This document shows positions 1 to 8,690 of a stretch of 64,000 bases of DNA, in pieces. How positions within the stretch are numbered: the first letter of the stretch is position 1; each line of letters opens with the position of its first letter. The stretch lies in the NCBI GenBank assembly GCA_003554735.1, contig PWHE01000103.1, positions 3,262-67,261 of the forward strand, read 5' to 3'. A program made the translations under genes and the position numbers. The notes beneath the pieces were generated by a model that ran no database searches, had not been told where the DNA came from, and worked only from the letters and a program-made list of their open reading frames with translations. Source of the stretch: Mollicutes bacterium (lineage in GTDB: Bacteria; Bacillota_I; Bacilli_A; Izemoplasmatales; Izemoplasmataceae).

Positions 1-1359
1 TTGTTGGTGGCATGTGTGGCAATCGCTTTTTTGATCGCATGCACATCGAGCGACACCTATTATCACAGGCTCGCCTCAGAAGGGAAACAGTATGAAATTC
101 AAGGTTTCACTTACTCCGAAGGCGAACCCGAACCGCGCGACTATAGCGCCGACGGGGGTACTTACTTAGGTACCGAAGGGCTCGAGGATGACGATGTCAT
201 AGAGATTCCGAGCGAGTCGCTAAAGGACGCTTTCTTGGCGACCCACCCCGAGGTTGAAACCCCCATCACATTCAGCGACGTACGAAACATCACGAGGCTT
301 CACTTGCAGTTTAGAGACATTGACAGCATTTCGGGCATCGAATACTTCGAAAGCCTTGAAACCTTGATTCTCGACGGCAATTCCGATTTGACAAGTGTGA
401 ACGGCATTCAAGCCTTGCCATCGCTTGAAAAACTTTCAATCAATCATACCGCCGTGCGCTCCATCGACTTTCGTAATAGTAGTGACACGCTTCAAAGGAT
501 CGAGGCGAACCACACCTTCATCGACTTGGACTGGGCGTCACTTAGGACGGTTTTGGACTATTATCCTTCGCTTACGCATCTCATGCTCATGGAGACCGCC
601 ACGGTGGTCGACCGTTCCATGCTTGAGCTCCTCGAAACCACGCGGGAGGAACGGAACGTGATGATCCAAGTCGGTTACCGCCAGATCGATTATTCGACAC
701 TGTCGTTCGAAGATTTCTGGACCTTCGATCCAGGCCTCTCCTGGACGAATCCGGCCATCGATGTGCGCCTTCCGCGCGTTAACGGGGATTTTGATTCCAC
801 GGACCCTAACCCGTTCATTGACATTACTTCGGGAGAACACTCCGAATTAATACACGAAAACCTTGAAACCTGGATGGACGAATCCGGCATCGTTCATGTG
901 GACGATCCTCTTGAAAAAATCATTTTGTTGTATGACTACTTTCTTGACCACATCGAAACGGACGAGAATGCAACGATGCTGATCAACGATGCGCTGGATC
1001 ATGAACCGGTGGTTGAAACGACCGCATATGAAACATTTGCGCTCCTTCTCAGGCATGCAGGCATCCAGGCCAATAGCGGTGAATTCACCAGAATGGTTTC
1101 GTCCGAAGAACCCTATATTCAGAATTTGATTGAAATCAACTACGAAGGGCAATGGTATGTCATCATCCTCGAATCGGATGCGTTCAAACCTTTCATGATT
1201 GGGGCACCCGGTTTACACAATTGGGTGGTTGAGGATTCGTCACTTGAGATTCCCACCGATTATTATCATTCATTTATTCTCGCGCGGCGCGATCTCTCGC
1301 GTGATTTGATTGAATCGTCCGCCCAAGAACTAAACATTGACCTGACATATACGGACTGA
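1..1359 (+). CDS. surface lipoprotein with leucine-rich repeats (5' end cut by window edge)
   Basis: ORF is open to the window edge. The N-terminal LVACVAIAFLIAC/TSS looks like a lipobox. LRR-type repeats are present (ITRLHLQFRDIDSISGIEYFESLETLILDGNSDLTSVNGIQALPSLEKLSINHT). The C-terminal third resembles a transglutaminase-like core without an obvious catalytic Cys. Confidence 0.6.
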   Translation: MLVACVAIAFLIACTSSDTYYHRLASEGKQYEIQGFTYSEGEPEPRDYSADGGTYLGTEGLEDDDVIEIPSESLKDAFLATHPEVETPITFSDVRNITRLHLQFRDIDSISGIEYFESLETLILDGNSDLTSVNGIQALPSLEKLSINHTAVRSIDFRNSSDTLQRIEANHTFIDLDWASLRTVLDYYPSLTHLMLMETATVVDRSMLELLETTREERNVMIQVGYRQIDYSTLSFEDFWTFDPGLSWTNPAIDVRLPRVNGDFDSTDPNPFIDITSGEHSELIHENLETWMDESGIVHVDDPLEKIILLYDYFLDHIETDENATMLINDALDHEPVVETTAYETFALLLRHAGIQANSGEFTRMVSSEEPYIQNLIEINYEGQWYVIILESDAFKPFMIGAPGLHNWVVEDSSLEIPTDYYHSFILARRDLSRDLIESSAQELNIDLTYTD

Positions 1360-1378
1360 GACGTTTGCAAGTTTTTGA

Positions 1379-1410
1379 AGCCGGATCGCTTCCATGCGGT
1401 CCGGCTTTTA
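1379..1410 (+). terminator. intrinsic terminator after the LRR lipoprotein gene
   Basis: Stem AGCCGGATCGC / GCGGTCCGGCT (1379-1389 / 1396-1406) followed by TTTT. Confidence 0.6.
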
Positions 1411-1480
1411 ATGAAAAATGGGAATTATTCGATATTAAATGCGAATAGTGTATAAAAACACTCGCTTTTCACACGATGTG

Positions 1481-1489
1481 TGTTATAAT
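1481..1489 (+). promoter_or_regulatory. extended -10 promoter element (TGtTATAAT) for the helicase gene
   Basis: TGTTATAAT at 1481-1489, about 130 nt upstream of the helicase ATG. Confidence 0.45.
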
Positions 1490-1559
1490 AAGCAAGCTCG
1501 ATTCATACGCGGCATCATTCATCCCCGATGCATCGAAACAAATCTACCAAGCGAAATGC

Positions 1560-1585
1560 AACGCTGTCATTGCAGCGTTTTTTTA
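1560..1585 (+). promoter_or_regulatory. terminator-like hairpin plus U-run inside the helicase 5' leader
   Basis: AACGCTG (1560-1566) pairs with CAGCGTT (1573-1579), followed by TTTTTTT. It lies 32 nt upstream of the ATG at 1617. Confidence 0.4.
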
Positions 1586-1616
1586 TGCCGTTTAGGAAAA
1601 ACCAAGGAGACACATT

Positions 1617-3059
1617 ATGACATTCGAACAACTTAACATGCACCCAAGCATCCTGAGGGCCATCACGCAGGATGGCTATCATACACCAACCGATATTCAA
1701 GCAGAAGCGATCCCTCATCTTCTGAAGGGTTCCGACATGCTAGGAAGCGCCCAAACAGGCACCGGTAAGACCGCCGCGTTCGCCCTTCCGATTATTCATC
1801 ACGTCCAACAATACCACAGCGACGAGAAAAAAAGACTTCCCAAAGCATTGATCATGGCGCCCACACGGGAACTTGCGCTTCAAATCAAGGAGAGCTTCGA
1901 CGCCTACAGCCGTAAGAATCAGGTAAAAACGATCGCCGTTTATGGCGGCATGCCCAAGCGTGCCCAGATCGTAAAAATCAAGCGTGGGGTCGACATACTG
2001 ATCGCTACGCCGGGCCGTTTGCTTGACCTTTTGAACATGAAGGTCGTCAAACTCGACCGGATCAACCAGTTCGTACTGGATGAAGCGGACCAGATGATGG
2101 ACATGGGCTTCATCGACGATGTGAAAACCATCATCACCCATCTTCCCAAAAACCGTCAGACCATGCTTTTTTCAGCGACACTCCCGCCTTCAATCGTCTC
2201 GCTCTCAAAAGCGATACTCACAAATCCGGTCCGTATCGAGGTAACCCCGCAAAACACCCCGCTTGAAACAATCAATCAATCCGTATACTTTCTCAAGTCG
2301 AACGATAAAATCAAACTGCTCAAGGATAAACTGAAAAACGATGACGTCACCTCCGCACTTGTCTTCGTAAGAACGAAGCAAGGGTGCAATCGCATCGCAA
2401 ACCAGTTGGTTGCAGAAGACGTCAACGCCGGTGCCATTCACGGAGACAAGACCCAGTCCCAACGACAATCCACGCTCCGTGCATTTAAAAAAGGGAATCT
2501 GAAGGTGCTTGTGGCAACTGATGTCGCGGCCAGAGGCATCGACATCGATGCCTTGTCGCATGTCATCAACATGGATATGCCCCAAACGCCCGAGACCTAT
2601 TTGCACCGTATCGGCCGTACCGCTCGGGCGGGCAAGATAGGAAGCGCGCTTTCTTTTTGCGCCCCCGAAGAGACCCATCTTCTCAAGGCCATCCAGAAGC
2701 ATATCGGCATGGTGATTCCCGTTGAGAACCGCCACGATTTTGTGCAGTCACCCAAACAAAAAAACCAGGGAAAAAGCCAATCGCCCGCGCGCAATCAAAA
2801 AGGAAGACATACAAAGAACACGTCCCGAAAAAAACCTGTCGAGCATGCACAGGTCAGACCGGAGACGAAAGAAAACAAACCGCAACGAAAAAACGAAACA
2901 CCCCAAAGCAAACCTTCGCGTAACGCACGACTCTCCGAAGGGTTCTCCATTGAAAAAAGCGCCGCGACACGAAAAAACACCATGAAATCATCCAAACCGT
3001 TCGGAAAGAAGAAGCACAAGCACAAGAAGAAACAGCGGACCAAGAGATACGCATGGTAA
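1617..3059 (+). CDS. DEAD-box ATP-dependent RNA helicase with a Lys/Arg-rich C-terminal tail
   Basis: Motifs AQTGTGKT, PTRELA, DEAD (VLDEADQMMDMGF), SAT and HRIGRTARAG. RBS AAGGAG at 1603-1608. Confidence 0.95.
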   Translation: MTFEQLNMHPSILRAITQDGYHTPTDIQAEAIPHLLKGSDMLGSAQTGTGKTAAFALPIIHHVQQYHSDEKKRLPKALIMAPTRELALQIKESFDAYSRKNQVKTIAVYGGMPKRAQIVKIKRGVDILIATPGRLLDLLNMKVVKLDRINQFVLDEADQMMDMGFIDDVKTIITHLPKNRQTMLFSATLPPSIVSLSKAILTNPVRIEVTPQNTPLETINQSVYFLKSNDKIKLLKDKLKNDDVTSALVFVRTKQGCNRIANQLVAEDVNAGAIHGDKTQSQRQSTLRAFKKGNLKVLVATDVAARGIDIDALSHVINMDMPQTPETYLHRIGRTARAGKIGSALSFCAPEETHLLKAIQKHIGMVIPVENRHDFVQSPKQKNQGKSQSPARNQKGRHTKNTSRKKPVEHAQVRPETKENKPQRKNETPQSKPSRNARLSEGFSIEKSAATRKNTMKSSKPFGKKKHKHKKKQRTKRYAW

Positions 3060-3096
3060 TTCGCTAAATCGCCTCATTGATTTAGAAATGAATATT

Positions 3097-3136
3097 AAAA
3101 AGATGGACACTCCACAATGAAGTGTCCATCTTTTTG
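3097..3136. terminator. bidirectional intrinsic terminator
   Basis: Perfect 11-bp stem AGATGGACACT / AGTGTCCATCT (3101-3111 / 3121-3131), flanked by an A-run and a T-run, between convergent genes. Confidence 0.85.
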
Positions 3137-3144
3137 ATTGCAAG

Positions 3145-4338
3145 TCAAGGCGATGAAGCGGCATAAGGGACGTAACCGGAACGATCGATCAGCGTCTGTC
3201 CTTCTTCCGAAAGGATCCAGTCGATCAATAAGGGGACCTGAGGGTTTTCACTGCCTGCGGTGATGGCATAGAAGGGCGCGGCTCCTGGGTAACTCCCGTC
3301 AATGATGGTTTCACTTGAAGGATACACACCGTTCAAAGCGATGTGCTTGACGGATTCGTTCTGGACAAGATGCATGGAGAAATAGCGGAAGGAAAAACCG
3401 ATCGAGTTGCGATGGTTCCGATAATCGGCAGTGGTCGAGATGATTCCACCCATAGAGCCGACAACCAGTTCTTTAGGAGGCACTGAAAGCGGTGTGTCGC
3501 CCATCATATTCAACAAAGCGGTTTGCGATCCGCTGCCGGGTGGTCGCTGGAAGGCTTCGATGGATGCGTTGTGCCCGCCTACTTCATTCCAACGGGTTAT
3601 GGATCCACTATAGATGCCGATGACCTCTTCGACGGTGAGTGTCTCGACGGGATTGTCCTGATTGACAAAGAAAACGAATGCTTCATATCCGATCGGTGTC
3701 AATGTAAGTTCAACGCCACTTCGTTCGGCGTAAGCCATTTGTTCACTCGAAGGCGGACCGGCAAAAATGATATCCACCTCACCCTCGATCAACCGTTCAT
3801 AAGCGCTATGTGTCTTGCTGCAAGCGACCGTGTTTCCATAAGGACTGTATCCCCCTTCAGGGTAGACTGCCTCCACAAAGGATGCGTATACGGGATAAAG
3901 CGCGGTCGCGCCGTCCAACTTCGGAAGTGTACCAGACAAAGCGAGACTTGCCGGATGATCGAGTCGCGCGAGCTCGGTATTATTCCTGAACGGTTCAAAA
4001 TCATACAGGTTGATGCCCCGTTCGGCCACGCGAAGGTTCTCGATGTGACGGTCGTAGCCGTAAACCGCTCCACCCGCAATAGCAAAAACTACCAGTAAAA
4101 ACGCTGTGACCAGCCATACCAACCTTTTTCTGATCCGAAGGAATAGAAGCGCGAACGCATGCATTCCGATGAGTGTGGGCACAATCCAGAAAAAGTTCAT
4201 GAAAAAATAGTTCAAGTACGGATAACGGATGCCAAATGAAAGCATAACGGTGGAAACAAGGCCGAAAACGGCTAATAAAGGAATGAGCAACATCATCAAG
4301 ATGATGCGTAAAGCAAGATGCCTACCGGATTGGTTCAT
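3145..4338 (-). CDS. PstS-like (PBP type 2) substrate-binding domain fused to an N-terminal multi-TM segment
   Basis: N-terminal ~110 aa are hydrophobic (3-4 TM). The remainder matches phosphate-binding-protein patterns (LDGATALYPVY, IIFAGPPS, RPPGSGSQTALLNMM). Confidence 0.7.
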   Translation of the reverse strand: MNQSGRHLALRIILMMLLIPLLAVFGLVSTVMLSFGIRYPYLNYFFMNFFWIVPTLIGMHAFALLFLRIRKRLVWLVTAFLLVVFAIAGGAVYGYDRHIENLRVAERGINLYDFEPFRNNTELARLDHPASLALSGTLPKLDGATALYPVYASFVEAVYPEGGYSPYGNTVACSKTHSAYERLIEGEVDIIFAGPPSSEQMAYAERSGVELTLTPIGYEAFVFFVNQDNPVETLTVEEVIGIYSGSITRWNEVGGHNASIEAFQRPPGSGSQTALLNMMGDTPLSVPPKELVVGSMGGIISTTADYRNHRNSIGFSFRYFSMHLVQNESVKHIALNGVYPSSETIIDGSYPGAAPFYAITAGSENPQVPLLIDWILSEEGQTLIDRSGYVPYAASSP

Positions 4339-4511
4339 GTTAATCCCTCCAAAAATGTGTCAAATTAATTATACTCTAAAATAATCTGTATAACTTATCA
4401 TTATTGAAACAAAATGGCATCATACATTTGAAGGAACAAATAATGCAACACTTAAAAAGTATAGGTTGAGGTATAATGGTATATGACAATAGAACTGACG
4501 GAGGATGAGAC

Positions 4512-5333
4512 ATGATTGAATATCATAATGATTATGAAGGCATCCATACCGAATCGGTGATGCATCTGCTCAGAAGTCACAATGCACAGTACTGGACTGC
4601 AGACGACACGAAAGGTGTGACTTTGTACGCCTGCAAAGACGGTGCACTCCTCGGCGCGATGCGGTTGAACTATTTTTGGGACTGGGCGAGCATCGCGGCT
4701 CTTTATTATCAGGACAGGGATGTCTTACGCGCCCTGGCGCGTGAGGCGTGGCAACACTATGCTGAAAGTGTTGTAGGCATCAAGTTCTTCACATTCACCG
4801 CTTCGCGCTATGCCGATGTGCTTGCCGCGGGATTCACCGACCAAGGGAGTATTCGTTATCCTGATCAGACCCAGACATTCTACGCGGACCTTGATAAAGA
4901 AGCGGAAAGACCCGTGAATAGGTATGAAATGATTTGTTCCCACACACCGGTTGAACCCTACGAGACAGCCTTTGAATCAAAAATTAACCAGTTTAAAATG
5001 GAACATGGTATCACCGGAAAGATCGCTGCATTCAACCGTGTCGCGCTCGATGGCGGACAAGTGGTCGGCGGAATCACTTGTGAACGCTATGAAACAAGCC
5101 TCTATGTCAGCCGACTGGCCGTTGATAAGAAATACCGCAGAAAAGCCATAGGGTCCACCTTGATGCAAAGCGCCATCGATTATGCCCAAGCAAACAACCT
5201 GGCATACATTGAACTCGGCACCACGGATTTCCAGGGGCAAGCGTTTTATGAAACGCTCGGATTTGAAGTGAAACATGTTCGCAAGGACAATCCAAGAGGC
5301 TACGCTTCCTATACTATGATAAAAACGTTATAA
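4512..5333 (+). CDS. GNAT family N-acetyltransferase (two-lobed)
   Basis: C-terminal acetyl-CoA motif LAVDKKYRRKAIGSTLMQSAIDYA...ELGTTDFQGQAFYETLGF. RBS GGAGGA precedes the start. Confidence 0.8.
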   Translation: MIEYHNDYEGIHTESVMHLLRSHNAQYWTADDTKGVTLYACKDGALLGAMRLNYFWDWASIAALYYQDRDVLRALAREAWQHYAESVVGIKFFTFTASRYADVLAAGFTDQGSIRYPDQTQTFYADLDKEAERPVNRYEMICSHTPVEPYETAFESKINQFKMEHGITGKIAAFNRVALDGGQVVGGITCERYETSLYVSRLAVDKKYRRKAIGSTLMQSAIDYAQANNLAYIELGTTDFQGQAFYETLGFEVKHVRKDNPRGYASYTMIKTL

Positions 5334-5378
5334 TGAACCCATACCAATACCAACAGCGAAAAAAGGAGTGTTAGTGAA

Positions 5379-5732
5379 ATGAGTCTATTCAAACGGCTGT
5401 TTAAAAGGAACGACAATAAGCGTACCAAAAAGTCCGAGGAACCGGCTGAAAACCAGTCTTCAAACACGCCGAAAGCCCATGAGGCCAGACGCTACCATGT
5501 ATCATTGAATCGCGATGAGAAAAGCGACAACTACAAAAAGTGGCGTGTCCGCATGGAGCAATCCCGTAAAACCATCAAACACTTCAACACGCAGGCCGAA
5601 GCGATTGAATATGCTACAAGACGTGCCAAAGCCGCTAGGACGTCCTTGGTGATTCACAAGCTTGACGGCACCATTCGCAAACAGGATTACAGTAAGCAAA
5701 ACAACACTCAGCCCCGAAATTCAGAAGAATGA
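5379..5732 (+). CDS. DUF2188-like small basic protein
   Basis: YHVSLNRDEKSDNYKKWRVRMEQSRKTIKHFNTQAEAIEYATRRAKAARTSLVIHKLDGTIR resembles the DUF2188 pattern. RBS AAAGGAG. Confidence 0.55.
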   Translation: MSLFKRLFKRNDNKRTKKSEEPAENQSSNTPKAHEARRYHVSLNRDEKSDNYKKWRVRMEQSRKTIKHFNTQAEAIEYATRRAKAARTSLVIHKLDGTIRKQDYSKQNNTQPRNSEE

Positions 5733-5907
5733 ATTTTCACACAACATAAAATCTTAGCCGTATCCAGCTTTTGCCAATGGATTTACTGATGACAAAGGGT
5801 GCGGCTTTTTTTATTGTAAAATATAGTATGCAAGCCATAATTAACTAATTGTTCGCATTTCAAACGAATAGGCTGATTACTATCATTCCTTCTATTTGCA
5901 AAAACCG

Positions 5908-5936
5908 TTGACAAGATGCTTTCAAATGCATATAAT
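5908..5936 (+). promoter_or_regulatory. consensus sigma-A promoter (TTGACA-17-TATAAT)
   Basis: TTGACA at 5908-5913, 17-nt spacer, TATAAT at 5931-5936, upstream of the FMN-binding/flavodoxin/TetR genes. Confidence 0.75.
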
Positions 5937-5943
5937 TATGTTT

Positions 5944-5958
5944 GTTAACAACGTTAAC
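5944..5958 (+). promoter_or_regulatory. candidate operator GTTAAC-AAC-GTTAAC at the transcription start
   Basis: Two palindromic GTTAAC hexamers, 3 bp apart, start 8 nt after the -10. Confidence 0.35.
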
Positions 5959-5984
5959 TAAATATAACAATGTTCTAGAGGTGC

Positions 5985-6389
5985 ATGGTGAAAAAACTTT
6001 TTCTTATTGTCTTTGCAGTATTTGTCGGATTCATTCTTGTCTCATCGGGCGTTCTTTTTTTCTTGAGTCGCGGACTGGATGAGACTCTGGAAGTCGAAAT
6101 AGTCGGCATAGATCTCTCAAATGTTGAAGACGGTGTATATCAGGGGACGTATGAAAACAGACGCTTTAGCAATACCCTGGAAGTTCATGTTGAAAATCAT
6201 GAAATCGTTGATATCATCGTTATTGATGATATGACCCTGACACAAGACGGTGTGACTGAAGAAGTGTTTGCACGTGTCATGGCCCTGCAATCGACCGATA
6301 TTGATATGGTTGCCGGTGCCAGCGTTACGACAACGGCGTATCTCAAAGCGATTGAAAACGCTCTGAAAGGCGGTATGATTCATGAATGA
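5985..6389 (+). CDS. membrane-anchored FMN-binding domain protein
   Basis: N-terminal TM helix. C-terminal FMN_bind-type motif DMVAGASVTTTAYLKAIENAL. Confidence 0.75.
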   Translation: MVKKLFLIVFAVFVGFILVSSGVLFFLSRGLDETLEVEIVGIDLSNVEDGVYQGTYENRRFSNTLEVHVENHEIVDIIVIDDMTLTQDGVTEEVFARVMALQSTDIDMVAGASVTTTAYLKAIENALKGGMIHE

Positions 6390-6909
6390 TGTTTTGATTG
6401 TGTACGAAAGCGGCTATGGGTCCACGGAGACCTACGCCAAACATATCGGGAAAGCTTTGTCGGCCCGAACCCTTCCGGCCTCCAAACTCAAAGCCGCTGA
6501 TCTGAACGGAATCAGGACTGTCGTCATCGGAAGCAACGTGCGGATATCAAAATTGCCGGTGTTGAAACGTATCAAGCGCCATAAAGCGCTTCTAAGGAAT
6601 AAGAGAGTGCTTTTTTTCGCAGTCGGGCTTACGGACCCTTCAGACGGTATTTTTGACAAACTGTCGTCCGACAACCCGGACCTCGAAAGTCTCAACGCTG
6701 AGGCACTGTATTACTATCCGGGTGCGTTTGATGTCTCCACATTCAAATGGCGTCACCGCATGCTGATGAAGTTCTTGAAATTCGCTTTGAGCAAAAACCA
6801 AAATCGCTCAGCTGAAGAAGACGGACTCTTAAATGCCATCGAGAACCCTGTCGATGAACGGGACATGACACTCACAACGTCTTTGGTCGAGAAAGTGAAA
6901 GAGGGATAG
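6382..6909 (+). CDS. flavodoxin-like domain protein
   Basis: N-terminal LIVYESGYGSTETYAKHIGKAL flavodoxin signature. It overlaps the upstream gene by 8 nt. Confidence 0.75.
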   Translation: MNDVLIVYESGYGSTETYAKHIGKALSARTLPASKLKAADLNGIRTVVIGSNVRISKLPVLKRIKRHKALLRNKRVLFFAVGLTDPSDGIFDKLSSDNPDLESLNAEALYYYPGAFDVSTFKWRHRMLMKFLKFALSKNQNRSAEEDGLLNAIENPVDERDMTLTTSLVEKVKEG

Positions 6910-6970
6910 CATCGAACAAAAATCCATCAAGCAACAGAAACGTGAACTGATTAAAAACCGCATTCTCGAA

Positions 6971-7525
6971 GTGGCCGAGAAACATTTCATTCAAGGTGGC
7001 CCCGAAGCCGTCAATATCCGGCGTATCGCTTCTGAGGTCGGGTATACCGCTCCGAATCTCTATAAATACTTCAGCGGGAAAGAAGCCATCATTGAAACGC
7101 TCATCCAACGACGCATGCAGGAAATTGTGAAAACACTTGATGCGGTGGACACCGAAGGGCTTTCAACGCTTGAGACGTTCAAAAAGAAATTCAAGGCCCA
7201 CTTTTATGCTGTACTCAAGTATAAAGAGCACTACCGCACGGTCATGCTTTCAAAGGATCCCACAGTGTTGGAAAAGACCGCCATGCTCGACCCGGAACGC
7301 TACACGCGTCTCCCCGCCCAAAAAAAATTGGTGGAAACACTCGAACATGCGATAGAAAACCAGGAGATTCGTGAGGTTGATCCGCTCCTTACTTCCCAAA
7401 TCATCTGGTCATCCCTTTTCGGCCTTCTCATTCGTATCATCACCGAAGGGTTTGACGACACGGACCACATGGAGCGCTTGATTGAACACTATCTTGATAT
7501 GTGTTTTCACGGCATCATGGCATAA
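6971..7525 (+). CDS. TetR/AcrR family transcriptional regulator (start probably upstream, see findings)
   Basis: HTH region NIRRIASEVGYTAPNLYKYFSGKEAI. The only canonical start (GTG 6971) cuts helix 1. An in-frame ATC at 6911 follows AAAGAGGGA. Confidence 0.85.
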   Translation: MAEKHFIQGGPEAVNIRRIASEVGYTAPNLYKYFSGKEAIIETLIQRRMQEIVKTLDAVDTEGLSTLETFKKKFKAHFYAVLKYKEHYRTVMLSKDPTVLEKTAMLDPERYTRLPAQKKLVETLEHAIENQEIREVDPLLTSQIIWSSLFGLLIRIITEGFDDTDHMERLIEHYLDMCFHGIMA

Positions 7526-7546
7526 AAGGTATTCGCACAAAAAAAC

Positions 7547-7579
7547 GCCTCCGGAACACGCTTGTGTTGTCCCGGAGGC
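7547..7579. terminator. bidirectional terminator between TetR and a small membrane protein gene
   Basis: GCCTCCGG (7547-7554) pairs with CCGGAGGC (7572-7579). An A-run lies upstream and a T-rich tract downstream. Confidence 0.75.
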
Positions 7580-7590
7580 TTCTTATTGAT

Positions 7591-7803
7591 TTAAAACAGT
7601 GAAAGCAGTATGGCAATGAGCCCGACGCTGATCGCAACGGCGGCAGCGTTCCGTTCGTTAAGATAAAAACTTAGCCCACCAAGAATGAGGGCGATCATCC
7701 CGCTATAGATTCCGAGGATGAAAAGTCCGATCACGCCAAACGCGGTTCCCAGATACGCAAGGGCTTCGCCGGTGGACATTACATGCTTGTTTTCCATGTT
7801 CAA
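7591..7803 (-). CDS. small two-TM membrane protein
   Basis: 70-aa hydrophobic ORF (LGTAFGVIGLFILGIYSGMIALILGGL... AVAISVGLIAILLSLF). Confidence 0.55.
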   Translation of the reverse strand: MNMENKHVMSTGEALAYLGTAFGVIGLFILGIYSGMIALILGGLSFYLNERNAAAVAISVGLIAILLSLF

Positions 7804-7894
7804 CAGCTCCTAGTCGTTATAATATGACACATATTCATTATAGAATAGAAGCGATTCACTTGCAACAGGCATCCTTTACGACATGTAGATATCA

Positions 7895-7932
7895 CAAAAA
7901 AGCCCCCGGGGCATCGAAATGCGTACGGGGGC
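7895..7932 (-). terminator. intrinsic terminator of the SDR gene
   Basis: On the minus strand, GCCCCCG...CGGGGGC is followed by TTTTTT. Confidence 0.8.
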
Positions 7933-7946
7933 GTGTGACACTCTGA

Positions 7947-8690
7947 TTATAGTCCGGCGATTTGTCCGCCGTCCGCGATGAACTCCGAGCCGGTAGAGAA
8001 GCTTGATTCATCCGAAGCCAGATACAACACAAGGTTCGTGATTTCAATCGGGTCTCCGATCCGTCCCAGCGGATTGGACTCGCCCATTTGCTCGACGAGT
8101 GATTTGTCCACATCCGGATTTTCCATCGTCATTGGCGTTCTGATGACACCCGGGTGCACCGAGTTGACGCGGATATTGTATTTTCCGAAGTCAAGTGCGG
8201 CACACATGGTCATGCCACGTACGGCGAATTTGGTTGCCGTATAAGCGATGCCGTTGGGGTTGCCTCGCATGCCGGCGATCGAGGAGATGTTCACGATGGA
8301 TCCGACTCCGGCTTTCTGCATGGAGGGCACTGTGACCTGCATGCCGAGATATACCCCGAACTGATTGATTTTGTAGTGCATTTCAAACTCATCGTCAGTC
8401 TGTTGTTCCCATGGTCTGATTTTTGCGATGCCCGCGTTGTTGACCAATACGTTTACCGGTCCATACAACTTTTCAGTGTCCGCTACAACGCGCTCCCAGT
8501 CTTCCCGCTTGGTGACATCATGTTTCATGAACGTGCAGTTTTTGCCAAGTTTCTCGGCGGTTTTTTTACCGTCGATGATGTCAGTGATGACAACCTTGGC
8601 CCCTTCTGCCAGAAATTTTTCCGCATGGGAGGCTCCCATGCCTCGCGCTCCACCCGTGATGATTGCGACTTTGCTATCCAGTCTTCCCAT
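7947..8690 (-). CDS. SDR family oxidoreductase (classical short-chain dehydrogenase)
   Basis: TGGARGMG cofactor motif, NNAG, and catalytic YTATKFAVRG (YxxxK). RBS AAGGAGG. Confidence 0.9.
   Translation of the reverse strand: MGRLDSKVAIITGGARGMGASHAEKFLAEGAKVVITDIIDGKKTAEKLGKNCTFMKHDVTKREDWERVVADTEKLYGPVNVLVNNAGIAKIRPWEQQTDDEFEMHYKINQFGVYLGMQVTVPSMQKAGVGSIVNISSIAGMRGNPNGIAYTATKFAVRGMTMCAALDFGKYNIRVNSVHPGVIRTPMTMENPDVDKSLVEQMGESNPLGRIGDPIEITNLVLYLASDESSFSTGSEFIADGGQIAGL

Noticed and set aside
5733-5984. FMN riboswitch upstream of the FMN-binding/flavodoxin operon.
   Set aside because: The region contains a terminator, a consensus promoter and only about 48 nt of leader. No RFN-element conserved blocks are present.
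6896-6898. Genetic code 4 (TGA=Trp) as an explanation for truncated N-termini.
   Set aside because: TGA terminates well-defined genes here (for example 1357-1359, 11608-11610 and 29561-29563), and protein lengths match their families. This is standard code 11.
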